From a virus, in the IMG/VR virus record IMGVR_UViG_3300045988_183523, positions 40,364-104,363 of that record: a DNA stretch of 64,000 nt; one strand, given 5' to 3'. This document shows positions 37,818-47,837 of the stretch, piece after piece. Numbering within the stretch: the first letter of the stretch is position 1; each line of letters begins with the position of its first letter. The notes beneath the pieces were generated by a model that was given only the letters and a program-made list of their open reading frames with translations, had not been told where the DNA came from and ran no database searches. Made by a program: the position numbers and the translations under genes.

Positions 37818-38351
37818 ATGAGAGAAATTGTGTTTAGGGGAAAACCTGTTAATAAAGCAATTTATACAAATTTTGAAAAGAAATTCAAAAATGCCAGCTT
37901 TTTTAGTAATGGTTTTGTTTTCGGCTCGTTGGTCATATATGAAAATAAATATTATATTTGTCTAAATATAAAGTTAAATATGTCAGGAATCATATTTAAC
38001 AGTAACGAAAGTAATATGACAGCGACAATGATTGAGGTTATTCCTGAAACTGTAAGTCAGTTTACCGGCAAATATATTAATAACGCTCGACTCTTTGATG
38101 GAGATGTTTTAGAGTGGTGTGACGACTACGATGATAGTTGGGGATTCCCAAATACTGCTGTAACGAGAAGTGTTGTATCTTGGGATGAAAATGACAGTTG
38201 TTGGGTTTTAAAACATGACGGTAAGGACGAATGCATTTGCACATTCACTGAATATGATAAATCTGAGTGGGAAAATATGAATTTAATCGGAAATATTTAT
38301 GATAACCCGGAATTGTTATTGGATTATAACAAACAGGTTACTACCGTTTAA
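37818..38351 (+). CDS. YopX-family phage protein
   Basis: N-terminal MREIVFRGKP... and C-terminal ...NLIGNIYDNPELL are the hallmark ends of the YopX family (SPbeta-like phages). Confidence 0.65.
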   Translation: MREIVFRGKPVNKAIYTNFEKKFKNASFFSNGFVFGSLVIYENKYYICLNIKLNMSGIIFNSNESNMTATMIEVIPETVSQFTGKYINNARLFDGDVLEWCDDYDDSWGFPNTAVTRSVVSWDENDSCWVLKHDGKDECICTFTEYDKSEWENMNLIGNIYDNPELLLDYNKQVTTV

Positions 38352-38468
38352 GGAGGCAATAATTTGGAAAAATGGTATTACGATTTAATGGAATAAATAG
38401 AGGACGAGAAAACGGCAAACCGTATAAAAAAAGAAACGGCAAATACATACTTGTTGAGGTAACTAACG

Positions 38469-39293
38469 ATGCTTGAAATAATTTACAGAATTTATGAGGT
38501 TGCTGATGAAGAAACAGCCGCAAAAAATCGTGAAAAAGATTTAGGATTTGGTTTGTTTTCTTCAACGAGTAAAGTGGAAAATACTGAAATTCTTATGGAC
38601 TGCCTAATTTGTGACAGCCGAGAGCAATTCAAAGAAATAATTAAAGAACAGTATGGGCAAGCGATTGCTTTTCGTTACTCAAAAAAATTAAAAGCAGGAG
38701 ATTTGTACTGCATTATCATCGGCGAGCATTGTTATAACACAGAACGATATTTCAATAAAGTCACTTTTACTTGCGACTGTTGTGGTGCAACCGTAGAAAC
38801 TTACTACGGTAGTGCGATATATTTCTCTGACTATGAAGTAAGAAATAGATTTTATGGTATAGAAGAATATGCAAAAAAGCGTTTTTGCTGTCACAAATGT
38901 AAACAAGTATATGAGGAGCGAGAACACGCAAAATTACACCCCGATGATGAACAAGAGTTTTATATTCAAAGAGATATGTTTACAGAAGATATATCCGGCT
39001 ATATCTATAAAATCTCGAAGAAGTCAACAGGCGAATTTTATATCGGTCAAACAATGTATGCACCTGTTTTTCGTTGGGGTCAGCACTTGAAAACGGAAAG
39101 ATTCCCTATCGAGAATATTACAGATTACAAGTTTGAGGTTATAGAGATTGTTCCAAAAACTGAAAACATTTTGGAACGAGAAAAATATTATATTCAAAAA
39201 TTCTATAAGGAAAACCCGGAAAAATCTTTGAATATAATGTGTACTGCAAATTTAAACCCTGAACAGTTACAATTTGATGAGGTGAAAGAATGA
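38469..39293 (+). CDS. Cys-rich zinc-finger + C-terminal GIY-YIG domain protein
   Basis: CLICDS...CDCCGATVE...CCHKCKQ, then YIYKISKKSTGEFYIGQTMYAPVFRWGQH...EREKYYIQKF. Confidence 0.5.
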   Translation: MLEIIYRIYEVADEETAAKNREKDLGFGLFSSTSKVENTEILMDCLICDSREQFKEIIKEQYGQAIAFRYSKKLKAGDLYCIIIGEHCYNTERYFNKVTFTCDCCGATVETYYGSAIYFSDYEVRNRFYGIEEYAKKRFCCHKCKQVYEEREHAKLHPDDEQEFYIQRDMFTEDISGYIYKISKKSTGEFYIGQTMYAPVFRWGQHLKTERFPIENITDYKFEVIEIVPKTENILEREKYYIQKFYKENPEKSLNIMCTANLNPEQLQFDEVKE

Positions 39294-39667
39294 GAGAGAT
39301 ATTATTTAGAGGTAGACGAATGAAAGCGTGGGAAGTGAAAAACAAATACGAAGGTTTTAATGCTGAAATTGTTTTTGCGACAACAGCAGGTAAAGCTAAA
39401 ACAATTGCTTTAAGTATAAGTGAAGATAATTTAGATGATAGTAACTTCTGTGACCTTGAAGCTCACAGAGCACCGGCACTTGACAAATATTATAAGTCGG
39501 GCAAAACACACATGGATTGGTGTGAACCAAATGACAGGCTTGTGCTTGTTAAGGAATATGATTACTACTGTAGTGATGAGTGTTTTAGTGTAAAAGAGTG
39601 CTACAAGTGTATAGCAAACAAATACTGTCAAAGATACAAAGATTATGTAGAAAGGAATAAGGAATAA
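39290..39667 (+). CDS. hypothetical protein with a YopX-like N-terminus (MREILFRGRR...) and a Cys-rich C-terminus
   Basis: Shares the MREI.FRG start with 37818. The rest is divergent. Confidence 0.4.
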   Translation: MREILFRGRRMKAWEVKNKYEGFNAEIVFATTAGKAKTIALSISEDNLDDSNFCDLEAHRAPALDKYYKSGKTHMDWCEPNDRLVLVKEYDYYCSDECFSVKECYKCIANKYCQRYKDYVERNKE

Positions 39668-39668
39668 T

Positions 39669-40502
39669 ATGGATATAAAAATAGCTGAAAAATGTTTTGC
39701 AAATCATAAGGCAACATTAACTGATTATGGAAATATTAAGATTTTAGATTTTAAAAATCCAAAATCTTCTGAATACAGAATAAGATTTCTTTTTGAGGAA
39801 GATTATTGCAGACTACATATATCAGGTGATTTAGGTGAACTGACTGCTACTAATTATTACAATATGACTTATGAAAAATTTAGTGATATGGTAAGAGATG
39901 TAGGCTACTTTGAAGGAAAGGTGAATTGCCACAGTAGACCTCTTTACATTTATGATGAAGACGCCATAAAAGAAGATGTCCTTGAACTTGTGAAAGAAAA
40001 GTATGGGCTTGAAGAATTAATAGAAGATTATAGAAATTATGATTTTTATTCTAATGAGGAAGTTTTGGAAGAATTTTACGATGATATTCTTTCTGATTTT
40101 TCTGATTCAACCGGTATAAGTTCTGAAGCTCGTAAAATCTTAGCCAAATACATTGGTGAATACGATGCGTACTCGGAGGATATTGGCAAAAGAAAAACAG
40201 ATATACTTGATTGGTATATGTTTGCTTTTCAGTTGGCACAAAAACAATTAAATGATGACAATGCAGACATCAAAACACATCCGGCAGTTGAGACAGAAAA
40301 ATACGCACATTGGATTAAACACAAACCTAATGAAGAACAAATGAAAGCATATCATGAACTTGGTTTTGGTAAAGCAATGAGTGTAAAAAGCATATATTGG
40401 TCATGCTCAAACTGTAATTGTTGGGGAACACCGGTATATAAGTATTGTTCAAATTGTGGCAAAAAAATGAAAAAAGTAAAGGAGAATAACAATATTGAGT
40501 AA
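39669..40502 (+). CDS. hypothetical protein with a C-terminal zinc ribbon (CSNCNCWGTPVYKYCSNCG)
   Basis: ORF; CxxC..CxxC at the C-terminus. Confidence 0.4.
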   Translation: MDIKIAEKCFANHKATLTDYGNIKILDFKNPKSSEYRIRFLFEEDYCRLHISGDLGELTATNYYNMTYEKFSDMVRDVGYFEGKVNCHSRPLYIYDEDAIKEDVLELVKEKYGLEELIEDYRNYDFYSNEEVLEEFYDDILSDFSDSTGISSEARKILAKYIGEYDAYSEDIGKRKTDILDWYMFAFQLAQKQLNDDNADIKTHPAVETEKYAHWIKHKPNEEQMKAYHELGFGKAMSVKSIYWSCSNCNCWGTPVYKYCSNCGKKMKKVKENNNIE

Positions 40503-41262
40503 AGATTATTATATTTACAAAGCATTAGAAAGGCATAATAGATTTGCAACTGAAATTTTTGATAATTCTCAAAATATTATTGGCTGTTTTCTTATCGGTA
40601 GCCAAAATTATCATTTAAGTGATGAAGAGTCAGATGTCGATACGGTTGTTTTAGTTGCACCAACACTCAAAGAAATTGCTACTAACAAAAAGCCGATAAG
40701 CAAGACATATATTCAACCTAATGGTGAACATACCACAATTAAGGATATTCGCCTTTTTGTTGAAGGCATTAAAAAAGGCAGATTGGAATGCCTTGAAATT
40801 TTACATACTGTTTACTTTATAATCAATGGTAATTGGCATAATTCTGTTGTCTTTAATTATTATTTATTATATTTTATTAAACAAAACAAAGAAAAAATTG
40901 CTCGTCTTAATGAGAGGGCAGTAATTCAAGCTGCAACCGGAATGATTAAAAGTTGTAATCGTAAAAATGCAAAACCTAAAGATCTTTATCATTCTATAAG
41001 ATTAAAAAGTTTCTTACAAAAATATATAAATAAAGAACCTTATGAGGTATGCCTTATTGGTGAACCCGATATGATTGCTTGTAAAAGAAAGTCAAATTTA
41101 ACAAATAATGATTTAGTAATTCTTGAAAACAATGCAAAAATGGCTCAGGAAATATTAAACAATTTAGACGATTATAAATATTCCTTAACAGATGAAGAAA
41201 AAAGTGAAATTGAAAAAGAAGTTGATGCTTTTACAATGAAATTTGTTAAATACGGTCTATAA
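40495..41262 (+). CDS. Pol-beta-superfamily nucleotidyltransferase (minimal NTase fold + helical C-terminal domain)
   Basis: CFLIGSQNYHLSDEESDVDTVVLV matches the hG[GS]x9-13[DE]h[DE]h NTase signature. Confidence 0.5.
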   Translation: MSKDYYIYKALERHNRFATEIFDNSQNIIGCFLIGSQNYHLSDEESDVDTVVLVAPTLKEIATNKKPISKTYIQPNGEHTTIKDIRLFVEGIKKGRLECLEILHTVYFIINGNWHNSVVFNYYLLYFIKQNKEKIARLNERAVIQAATGMIKSCNRKNAKPKDLYHSIRLKSFLQKYINKEPYEVCLIGEPDMIACKRKSNLTNNDLVILENNAKMAQEILNNLDDYKYSLTDEEKSEIEKEVDAFTMKFVKYGL

Positions 41263-41395
41263 GATTATTACTGCTCTATTTGTAGACACTATTTGGGAAA
41301 TGAAATGGAACTGAAATATGCTTGCTTACAGCCTAAATTCTGTCCTAACTGCGGACAATATTTAGATTGTAATGATTGAGAGGTGAAAACTCAAT

Positions 41396-41932
41396 TTGAG
41401 TAACAGTAAAATACATACTTTATACCGGATATATTATGATAACATTATTGTTTATGTTGGAAGAACAAATCAACCTCTACAAACTCGTATTAGAGGACAT
41501 TTATTCAAAAAGCCAATGCATCGTACTTTGGATATTAACCAAATTTCAAAAATTGAATATACCGAGTTCGAGTCCGAAGCTGATATGAACTTGTACGAAA
41601 TATATTATATTAATTTGCTTAAACCTGCTTTAAATTGTGATGATAAGGTCAAAGACGAGCTGACTGTTAAATTACCGGAAGTAGAGTGGAAAGAAGCTTA
41701 CTTCAAATTATGGAATAAGTGGAAAAAAGAAATATCAGAAAAAGATAACGAAATTGAAAATTGTTATCAAAGAATCAAAGATATTGAGGAAGAAAAAACA
41801 ATATTAAGAGGACTTAAAAGAATAGGTCAAATTTCAGAAAATGAATTTTGGAATAAAATGGATTTATATAATCAGGAACAAGACAAAATAAGAAATCAAT
41901 GTAGGAAAAAAAGAGGAGAAACTTATTTTTGA
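41396..41932 (+). CDS. GIY-YIG nuclease-domain protein (TTG start), paralog of 34577
   Basis: LYRIYYDNIIVYVGRTNQPLQTRIRGH...NLYEIYYINLLKPALN. Confidence 0.55.
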   Translation: MSNSKIHTLYRIYYDNIIVYVGRTNQPLQTRIRGHLFKKPMHRTLDINQISKIEYTEFESEADMNLYEIYYINLLKPALNCDDKVKDELTVKLPEVEWKEAYFKLWNKWKKEISEKDNEIENCYQRIKDIEEEKTILRGLKRIGQISENEFWNKMDLYNQEQDKIRNQCRKKRGETYF

Positions 41933-41959
41933 GTAAATAGGTATTATGTGAGGTAAAAA

Positions 41960-42181
41960 ATGACAGACACACCATATAACAGAAAAATACAAAACTTTCT
42001 TGAGGAATACATTAACTGCAATCCTGATGCTGTTTATGTAAACGGAATGATGAAAAATGAAGCAGTCAAAGAAGCAGTTAGATTATTGATTGAAGAAAAT
42101 GTTTTTTCATCTGTTAAAGATATGAGGTTACAGGCATTAAAAGATTATAATATCTTTTTGCCTGATTGGGTATTTGAATAG
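41960..42181 (+). CDS. hypothetical protein (73 aa)
   Basis: ORF only. Confidence 0.35.
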   Translation: MTDTPYNRKIQNFLEEYINCNPDAVYVNGMMKNEAVKEAVRLLIEENVFSSVKDMRLQALKDYNIFLPDWVFE

Positions 42182-42387
42182 GTCGAAGGAAGTGAAATAT
42201 AATGCTTGGTGTTTTTTTACTGATGTTTTTATCTATATTTTTGGTTGTTATTTTACTAATAAGTTTAGTGAACTTTGTTTTTTATAATAACGATTCTATA
42301 AAATTTGAAAACAAAGTTGAAAATTCAAATATAAAAAACATTAATTTTAAGTACAGAAATGTTTTTAAAAAATAAGAGGTGATAATA

Positions 42388-42894
42388 TTGCAATCCATAT
42401 TAGTTAATGTAAAACCCTTGGAAGCTAATTCTATTTGTGAAATGAAAAATAATTTTATTGAAAGAAAAAGTCAACCAAAATTAGAGCCGCCGTTCACTTG
42501 TTATTTGTACTGTGGTAAAGCAAAAACAAAAAAAGATATAGTGAGCTTTTGTTACTATACCAAAGATGATTTTATTCTTTTTGATAATATTATTAATGGT
42601 AGAGTTTTTGGCAAATTTACCTGCGATTACATTCAAAAAGAAAAAGATTGTCATAGAAATGATAAATCAGTATATTTTTGGCATATTAGCAACTTGGTAA
42701 TTTACAGACAATCTATTGAATTAAATAGATTTCTGTTTCCTAAATGGAATGAAAAAAGACCTTGTGATTATGGTTATTGTGAATTTGAAAATAAATGTTT
42801 GAAGAAGGGTATTTATTATGACAATTGCCCGAAAACAAAATTAAATAAAGCACCGGTATCATGGTGCTATGTAAATAAGGAGGGTTTATTTTGA
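42388..42894 (+). CDS. Cys-rich hypothetical protein (TTG start after agaggtga RBS)
   Basis: ORF only. Confidence 0.35.
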   Translation: MQSILVNVKPLEANSICEMKNNFIERKSQPKLEPPFTCYLYCGKAKTKKDIVSFCYYTKDDFILFDNIINGRVFGKFTCDYIQKEKDCHRNDKSVYFWHISNLVIYRQSIELNRFLFPKWNEKRPCDYGYCEFENKCLKKGIYYDNCPKTKLNKAPVSWCYVNKEGLF

Positions 42895-43274
42895 TTTTTA
42901 TAGAAAAAGGTGATTTTTACTTAGGTCACAGAATAAAGGATGGTAATGGAAATATAATTCAACAAAACGGACCGGAATTTGAACCGGATGATAATGGCAG
43001 TTCTGTTATAGTGGGAAAACTTGATTCAGAAACAAGGAAACAAGTAGGTGAAGCAGATATTTTTGGCGATTTTAATGCAGCAGGTTACTTGAAAAAGGTT
43101 CTTGAATTGTTGACACCCGGAAGAACAATTAATATTCCGAATTTTAAAGAATTGTTTGTTTCTGCATCTAAGGATAATGTAGATATGTGTGATTATTGTG
43201 AAGGGTTACATTGTGATAATTGTATAGTGTCCGAATGGAAAGAGAGTTTAGAGGTGATGAAAAATGACTTGTAA
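42891..43274 (+). CDS. hypothetical protein (127 aa)
   Basis: 4-nt overlap with the previous gene. Confidence 0.4.
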   Translation: MIFIEKGDFYLGHRIKDGNGNIIQQNGPEFEPDDNGSSVIVGKLDSETRKQVGEADIFGDFNAAGYLKKVLELLTPGRTINIPNFKELFVSASKDNVDMCDYCEGLHCDNCIVSEWKESLEVMKNDL

Positions 43275-43421
43275 AGATTGTATTCACTATAATGTGAGTC
43301 AAGACTACGACAATAGAGTTGCACTTGAATATGATTTTCAGGTTTTCAGATTTTGGAAAAAAGGTATTTCTTACTCGTGAAGAAGCGAAAAAAATATAAA
43401 ATCGCATAAATAAATTAAGGT

Positions 43422-44858
43422 TTGAAAAGTGAAGTGAAATACATGAAATATATAACTGAAATGTTTTTATATATAAATTATTTTAAGAAAAAATTTAATA
43501 TCAAAACACAAACCTTTAATCCGTATTATACGGCAATAGAAGGAGTAAAAAAATATTGTGAATACAATGATGTAAATTTAGACAAAAGAAACAAAATTGA
43601 AGATTACATTATTTCTTTGAATGTTCCAAACATTAAAATCAATATATTCAATCTTTTGTATCCAAATGTTAAATGTAATGTTACTGATGAAAGAGTTCAA
43701 AAATGTGATTTATCTATGCTGTCGGATTCACTTTTATTGAAATATCTTTTTATTATTTTTTCTACAATAAATTTTGTTTATAAAGATAATCTAATAGGTC
43801 TTAAATACAATGCTGTTATATGGAAGACAGGATTTCATAATCTTGCAAAACTCTGCAGAGGAAAAGTAATAGATAGTAAAACAATGACAATAGTTTCATA
43901 TCCTTTTGATAAATTTTTTAATGTAAACGAAGTATCGGAAACAAAAGAGGATATTATTAAAGAACTTGTGGGTGAAAGCACTTATGTATATACAACCGAC
44001 AAAAAAGATGGTTCTACTATTATAGTTTCACTTTATAAGAACAAACCTCTCATCACTACAAATGGTTCTTTTGAAAATGACCAGATTGTATTGGCAGAAC
44101 AACTTCTAAAAAAGAAATATCCAAAATTTTTAAAGGAAATAAAGGAAGGATATACTTATATCTTTGAACTTATACATCCTGAAAACAGAATAGCAATAAA
44201 TTACGGTGATGAAAAATCACTTTATTTACTTGCCGTAAGAGACTTAAGAACAGAAAAACTTCTTTCACTTGATGAAACTCATATCATTGCAAATGATTTT
44301 GGCTTTCCTGTTCCTCAAACATTTTCTTTTAAAAATCTTTCTGATATTCTTTATCTTGCTCATACAGAAAGAAATACTAACCGTGAAGGATGGGTACTTC
44401 GTATAGGAAAAAAAGATGGTGGAGAATTTATGCTCAAAATAAAATTAGATGAATACTTTGAACTTCACTCAGTTTTCAGTAAAATTACTCTTACATTTGT
44501 ATATCGGCATTTGCTTGCAAATGACCTTGATGATATTATCAGCATTGTTTCCGAAAATCAACAGAAAGAAATAAAGGAATATATTAAAGAAATTGAAAAT
44601 ATCAGAGAAAAAATAAAAGAAAATTCTGAAAATTTAACCGAAAATATTTGCAAAAAATTTGCAACTTCTTCGATAGTTGCAAGAACCGACAGAGAACTTA
44701 CTGTCAAAATTATAAGTGAAATTATAAAAGAAAAAAGTTTGTATGGAAGTTTTGCTATTGAATATTTGAAATACGGAGATAGTGTTGAGGATAAAATACG
44801 GAAAATTCCTACGAAAATATTCAAGAAATTTGTTGAGGTTTTGAACGAAAAGGTTTGA
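43422..44858 (+). CDS. ATP-dependent RNA ligase, T4 Rnl1-like
   Basis: Motif I TTDKKDGST (compare T4 Rnl1 TKEDGSL). Motif IV EGWVLR. Motif V FMLKIKLDEY (compare T4 Rnl1 HFKIKSDWY). Confidence 0.6.
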   Translation: MKSEVKYMKYITEMFLYINYFKKKFNIKTQTFNPYYTAIEGVKKYCEYNDVNLDKRNKIEDYIISLNVPNIKINIFNLLYPNVKCNVTDERVQKCDLSMLSDSLLLKYLFIIFSTINFVYKDNLIGLKYNAVIWKTGFHNLAKLCRGKVIDSKTMTIVSYPFDKFFNVNEVSETKEDIIKELVGESTYVYTTDKKDGSTIIVSLYKNKPLITTNGSFENDQIVLAEQLLKKKYPKFLKEIKEGYTYIFELIHPENRIAINYGDEKSLYLLAVRDLRTEKLLSLDETHIIANDFGFPVPQTFSFKNLSDILYLAHTERNTNREGWVLRIGKKDGGEFMLKIKLDEYFELHSVFSKITLTFVYRHLLANDLDDIISIVSENQQKEIKEYIKEIENIREKIKENSENLTENICKKFATSSIVARTDRELTVKIISEIIKEKSLYGSFAIEYLKYGDSVEDKIRKIPTKIFKKFVEVLNEKV

Positions 44859-44870
44859 AAATAAGGAGAT

Positions 44871-45584
44871 ATGTTATCAATGGATGAATTACTTAATAAG
44901 TATGAAACTGCTAAAAGAGTTAATCATTTAATAGCAGAAGAAACAAAAAATATTAACCAAGATTCTTCACCTAATGAAATGTATCAAACAATTAGAACAT
45001 TGAGAACTGAAATAGGTGAGGCAATTAAAGATTTCCCAACCATAAAAACATTTGAAAGAGAAACTTATATAGGTCCAAACGGTAGATGTGAAATCTGTGG
45101 TGCAAATTTAAACGAAATTTTTGAATCAAAAAACTGTGTGAAAGATATTTCGTATTGTTGGAGTTGTGGGCGTAAAATTGATAAAAGAAGAATATTAAAA
45201 TTATATGATAAACCGTTTACAACTATAGAAGATTTGTCTGATAAATTTGATTGTGATTTAGTAAGCTGTTATTTGATTTATATTAAGGACTATAAGTTGA
45301 TTTTTGATAAAATTGAAGACGATAACAGAAATTCAATAATCAATGAATTGATGACTAATTCTGATTACTACGGTTTAATTGATTTTGATAATAAAAATAT
45401 TATTTCTTTTGATAAAAACAAATATTTTTTGTCTGAAATTGCTGTTGCTACTTTTTATAATGGAATTACAAAAAATTTAAATGTGTTTGTACCGTATGTT
45501 TTTGATGAAAAATCTTGTGAAAAGTTGATGCTTTGCAAAACAGATATAGAAAACATGACGGAGGATTTTTCTTGTGAAAATTAA
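44871..45584 (+). CDS. hypothetical protein with an internal zinc ribbon (CEICGAN...CWSCGRK)
   Basis: ORF only. Confidence 0.4.
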   Translation: MLSMDELLNKYETAKRVNHLIAEETKNINQDSSPNEMYQTIRTLRTEIGEAIKDFPTIKTFERETYIGPNGRCEICGANLNEIFESKNCVKDISYCWSCGRKIDKRRILKLYDKPFTTIEDLSDKFDCDLVSCYLIYIKDYKLIFDKIEDDNRNSIINELMTNSDYYGLIDFDNKNIISFDKNKYFLSEIAVATFYNGITKNLNVFVPYVFDEKSCEKLMLCKTDIENMTEDFSCEN

Positions 45585-45836
45585 CATTATGATTGCTGCA
45601 CTGTTCCTGATTTTTAATATTTCATCTATTCTCACATTTATATATTATTGCAAATTACCACAGCCTAAAATGTCTGACGGTGAGCACAATTTTAACAAGT
45701 GTGATTTCAAAGTGAACAATATTATAAAAAATCAGCAAGTTACCGGCAAGTAAAATAACATGTAATAAAGCCAAATAGTTGAAAATATATGCTTTTTAGC
45801 AAGTTACAAGCAAGTTAAACTGAAAGGAAAAATAAA

Positions 45837-46412
45837 ATGTTATATGTTCTAATATTGTTAATTATCAATGCATTATTAACGGCTTTTATGTACTTTTTAA
45901 CCGAAATTCCAATCGTAACAGTTATATATATAGTTATTCTGTTTTTGTATGAAGGATTGATATATTTTGCATACAGAGTTGTGAACGGTAACTGTGATGA
46001 AAAGTCTATGTGGATTGAAAAATGTGAACCAAAATGGTTTGAAGTGAAAAATGAAGTTATATACGATCCTATTGATACTAACATTAATGATATTTATAAT
46101 CTGAAATTGTATGCTAATTATTATCATAAAAAACGAAACGGTAAACTGATTCAGAAACATATTAATTTATATAATGAGTCAAAAAATACTTTGGACTTTT
46201 CCGAAAAGTACAGTGAACCACACAAAATCACTTATGTGTGTAGCAATACAAAATTAGCCGTTAAACCTAATTTTTGGACCACATTGCCACACTTATATTT
46301 CAAATATCGTGGCACCAAAGTAGGCTCTTATGTCAATTTCAGTGATGAATACATCAATATTGTGTTACCTATGGAATACAGAAAAAACATTTATAAAACT
46401 GAAAGGAATTAA
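45837..46412 (+). CDS. hypothetical membrane protein (2 TM + soluble domain)
   Basis: ORF only. Confidence 0.4.
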   Translation: MLYVLILLIINALLTAFMYFLTEIPIVTVIYIVILFLYEGLIYFAYRVVNGNCDEKSMWIEKCEPKWFEVKNEVIYDPIDTNINDIYNLKLYANYYHKKRNGKLIQKHINLYNESKNTLDFSEKYSEPHKITYVCSNTKLAVKPNFWTTLPHLYFKYRGTKVGSYVNFSDEYINIVLPMEYRKNIYKTERN

Positions 46413-46417
46413 AAATT

Positions 46418-46981
46418 ATGGATAATAAAAATACAGTACAAATTAATTGGAAAACAATGTTTATTATTTTAGGTATTATAGTAGCTATTGTAGTAGCATT
46501 CTTCTTAACAAAACTTTCAATTAATACAACAGCAATAAACAAGGAAGAACAAATCTTTGAATCAGCATCGTCAATTAATGTTCAAATGGATACTCGAAAC
46601 AGAAAAATCAAACAGGTTGCTCAGGTTGTTGAAAAATACGCTGATTATGAAAAAGGCATTATGACAGATTTTGCAGAAGCAAGGAAAGAAATCTCCTCCG
46701 GCACTGATAAAGCATCTACTGTTCTTAATGCTATTTCTGAGCAATATCCTGCACTTAAAGCTGACAAGCAATATGAAAAGCTGAGTAATGAAATTATTTC
46801 CTGTGAAAACAAAATATCTGATTACAGAGAAGATTATAACCAACAAGTGAAAAGTTATCGAAAATATTGTAGAAATCCGGTAAATAAGTTTTTCCTTGGA
46901 AATTATAAAATGATTAATGATTCGGAATATTTGCAGTTTGATGAAAGTGTATCGGAAGTAGGGGATGTTTTTGAAAAATAA
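46418..46981 (+). CDS. lemA: LemA-family membrane protein
   Basis: N-terminal TM. ...AISEQYPALKADKQYEKLSNEIISCENKISDYREDYNQQVKSYRKYCRNPVNKFFLGNY matches the LemA core (E.YP.LKA...f..L...l...En.i...R..YN). Confidence 0.8.
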   Translation: MDNKNTVQINWKTMFIILGIIVAIVVAFFLTKLSINTTAINKEEQIFESASSINVQMDTRNRKIKQVAQVVEKYADYEKGIMTDFAEARKEISSGTDKASTVLNAISEQYPALKADKQYEKLSNEIISCENKISDYREDYNQQVKSYRKYCRNPVNKFFLGNYKMINDSEYLQFDESVSEVGDVFEK

Positions 46982-47837
46982 AAACGATAATGTACTGATT
47001 GATTGTGATACCTTTACAGTAACGAAGCGTGAAGCTCTTGTTTCAATAATAATTGTTATTTTGCTAATAGGAATAGGCATATATACAACTTCTTCTATTA
47101 TCAACAAAGTAGACGAGCATAATTCCAAGGTTAATCGTATTCAGTGCTGTGATACTCAAGATATGTTTGACCATTTGGTCGATACCAATGCAGGAAAAGT
47201 AATTGCAAATGCAAATGTCGTATGTACTAAGCCTGTAACAATGAACGATAGAATATCGGGTAAATATTCTTATATTTATTATCAAAGAGAAAAGTATGAA
47301 ATTCATACGAGAGTAGTTACAGATACATATACCGATGCTGACGGCAATACTCATACAAGTTCACATACAGAAACATATTACGAATGGGATACGAAGGATT
47401 GGAAATCAAAGTCAAGTGATGAAATTACAATTAATAATCATAAGTACAAACCGGAAAATGTAACAAAATATTTTCCATATAAGTATTTAAGTGCTAAAGA
47501 CTATAAAGGTAAATATTCTTATGAAAGTGGAAATTATATTTACTTGTCATCACATGAAAGAATATCATTTAAGGTCTATGAATTGACTTCTGCCGGCGTA
47601 GTGTATTGTAAACTTGACAATAACAAAATTGATTATGTTCGTAAATATTACCTTAACAAGACAAGTCCAAAAGAAGTCAAAAAATCAATGTTGAAAAACG
47701 CCAATTCTGTTTTAGCTGTATTTTGGATAATTGATGCTTTGCTTATATTGGGCGTTGTATTTGTATTTGTTTATTTTGACAACGATTGGCTTTATGGCAA
47801 AAAGGAGGAGAAAAGTTTTGATGAGTACGATTGGTAA
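46965..47837 (+). CDS. membrane protein (N- and C-terminal TM) downstream of lemA
   Basis: 17-nt overlap with lemA. Confidence 0.45.
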   Translation: MFLKNKNDNVLIDCDTFTVTKREALVSIIIVILLIGIGIYTTSSIINKVDEHNSKVNRIQCCDTQDMFDHLVDTNAGKVIANANVVCTKPVTMNDRISGKYSYIYYQREKYEIHTRVVTDTYTDADGNTHTSSHTETYYEWDTKDWKSKSSDEITINNHKYKPENVTKYFPYKYLSAKDYKGKYSYESGNYIYLSSHERISFKVYELTSAGVVYCKLDNNKIDYVRKYYLNKTSPKEVKKSMLKNANSVLAVFWIIDALLILGVVFVFVYFDNDWLYGKKEEKSFDEYDW

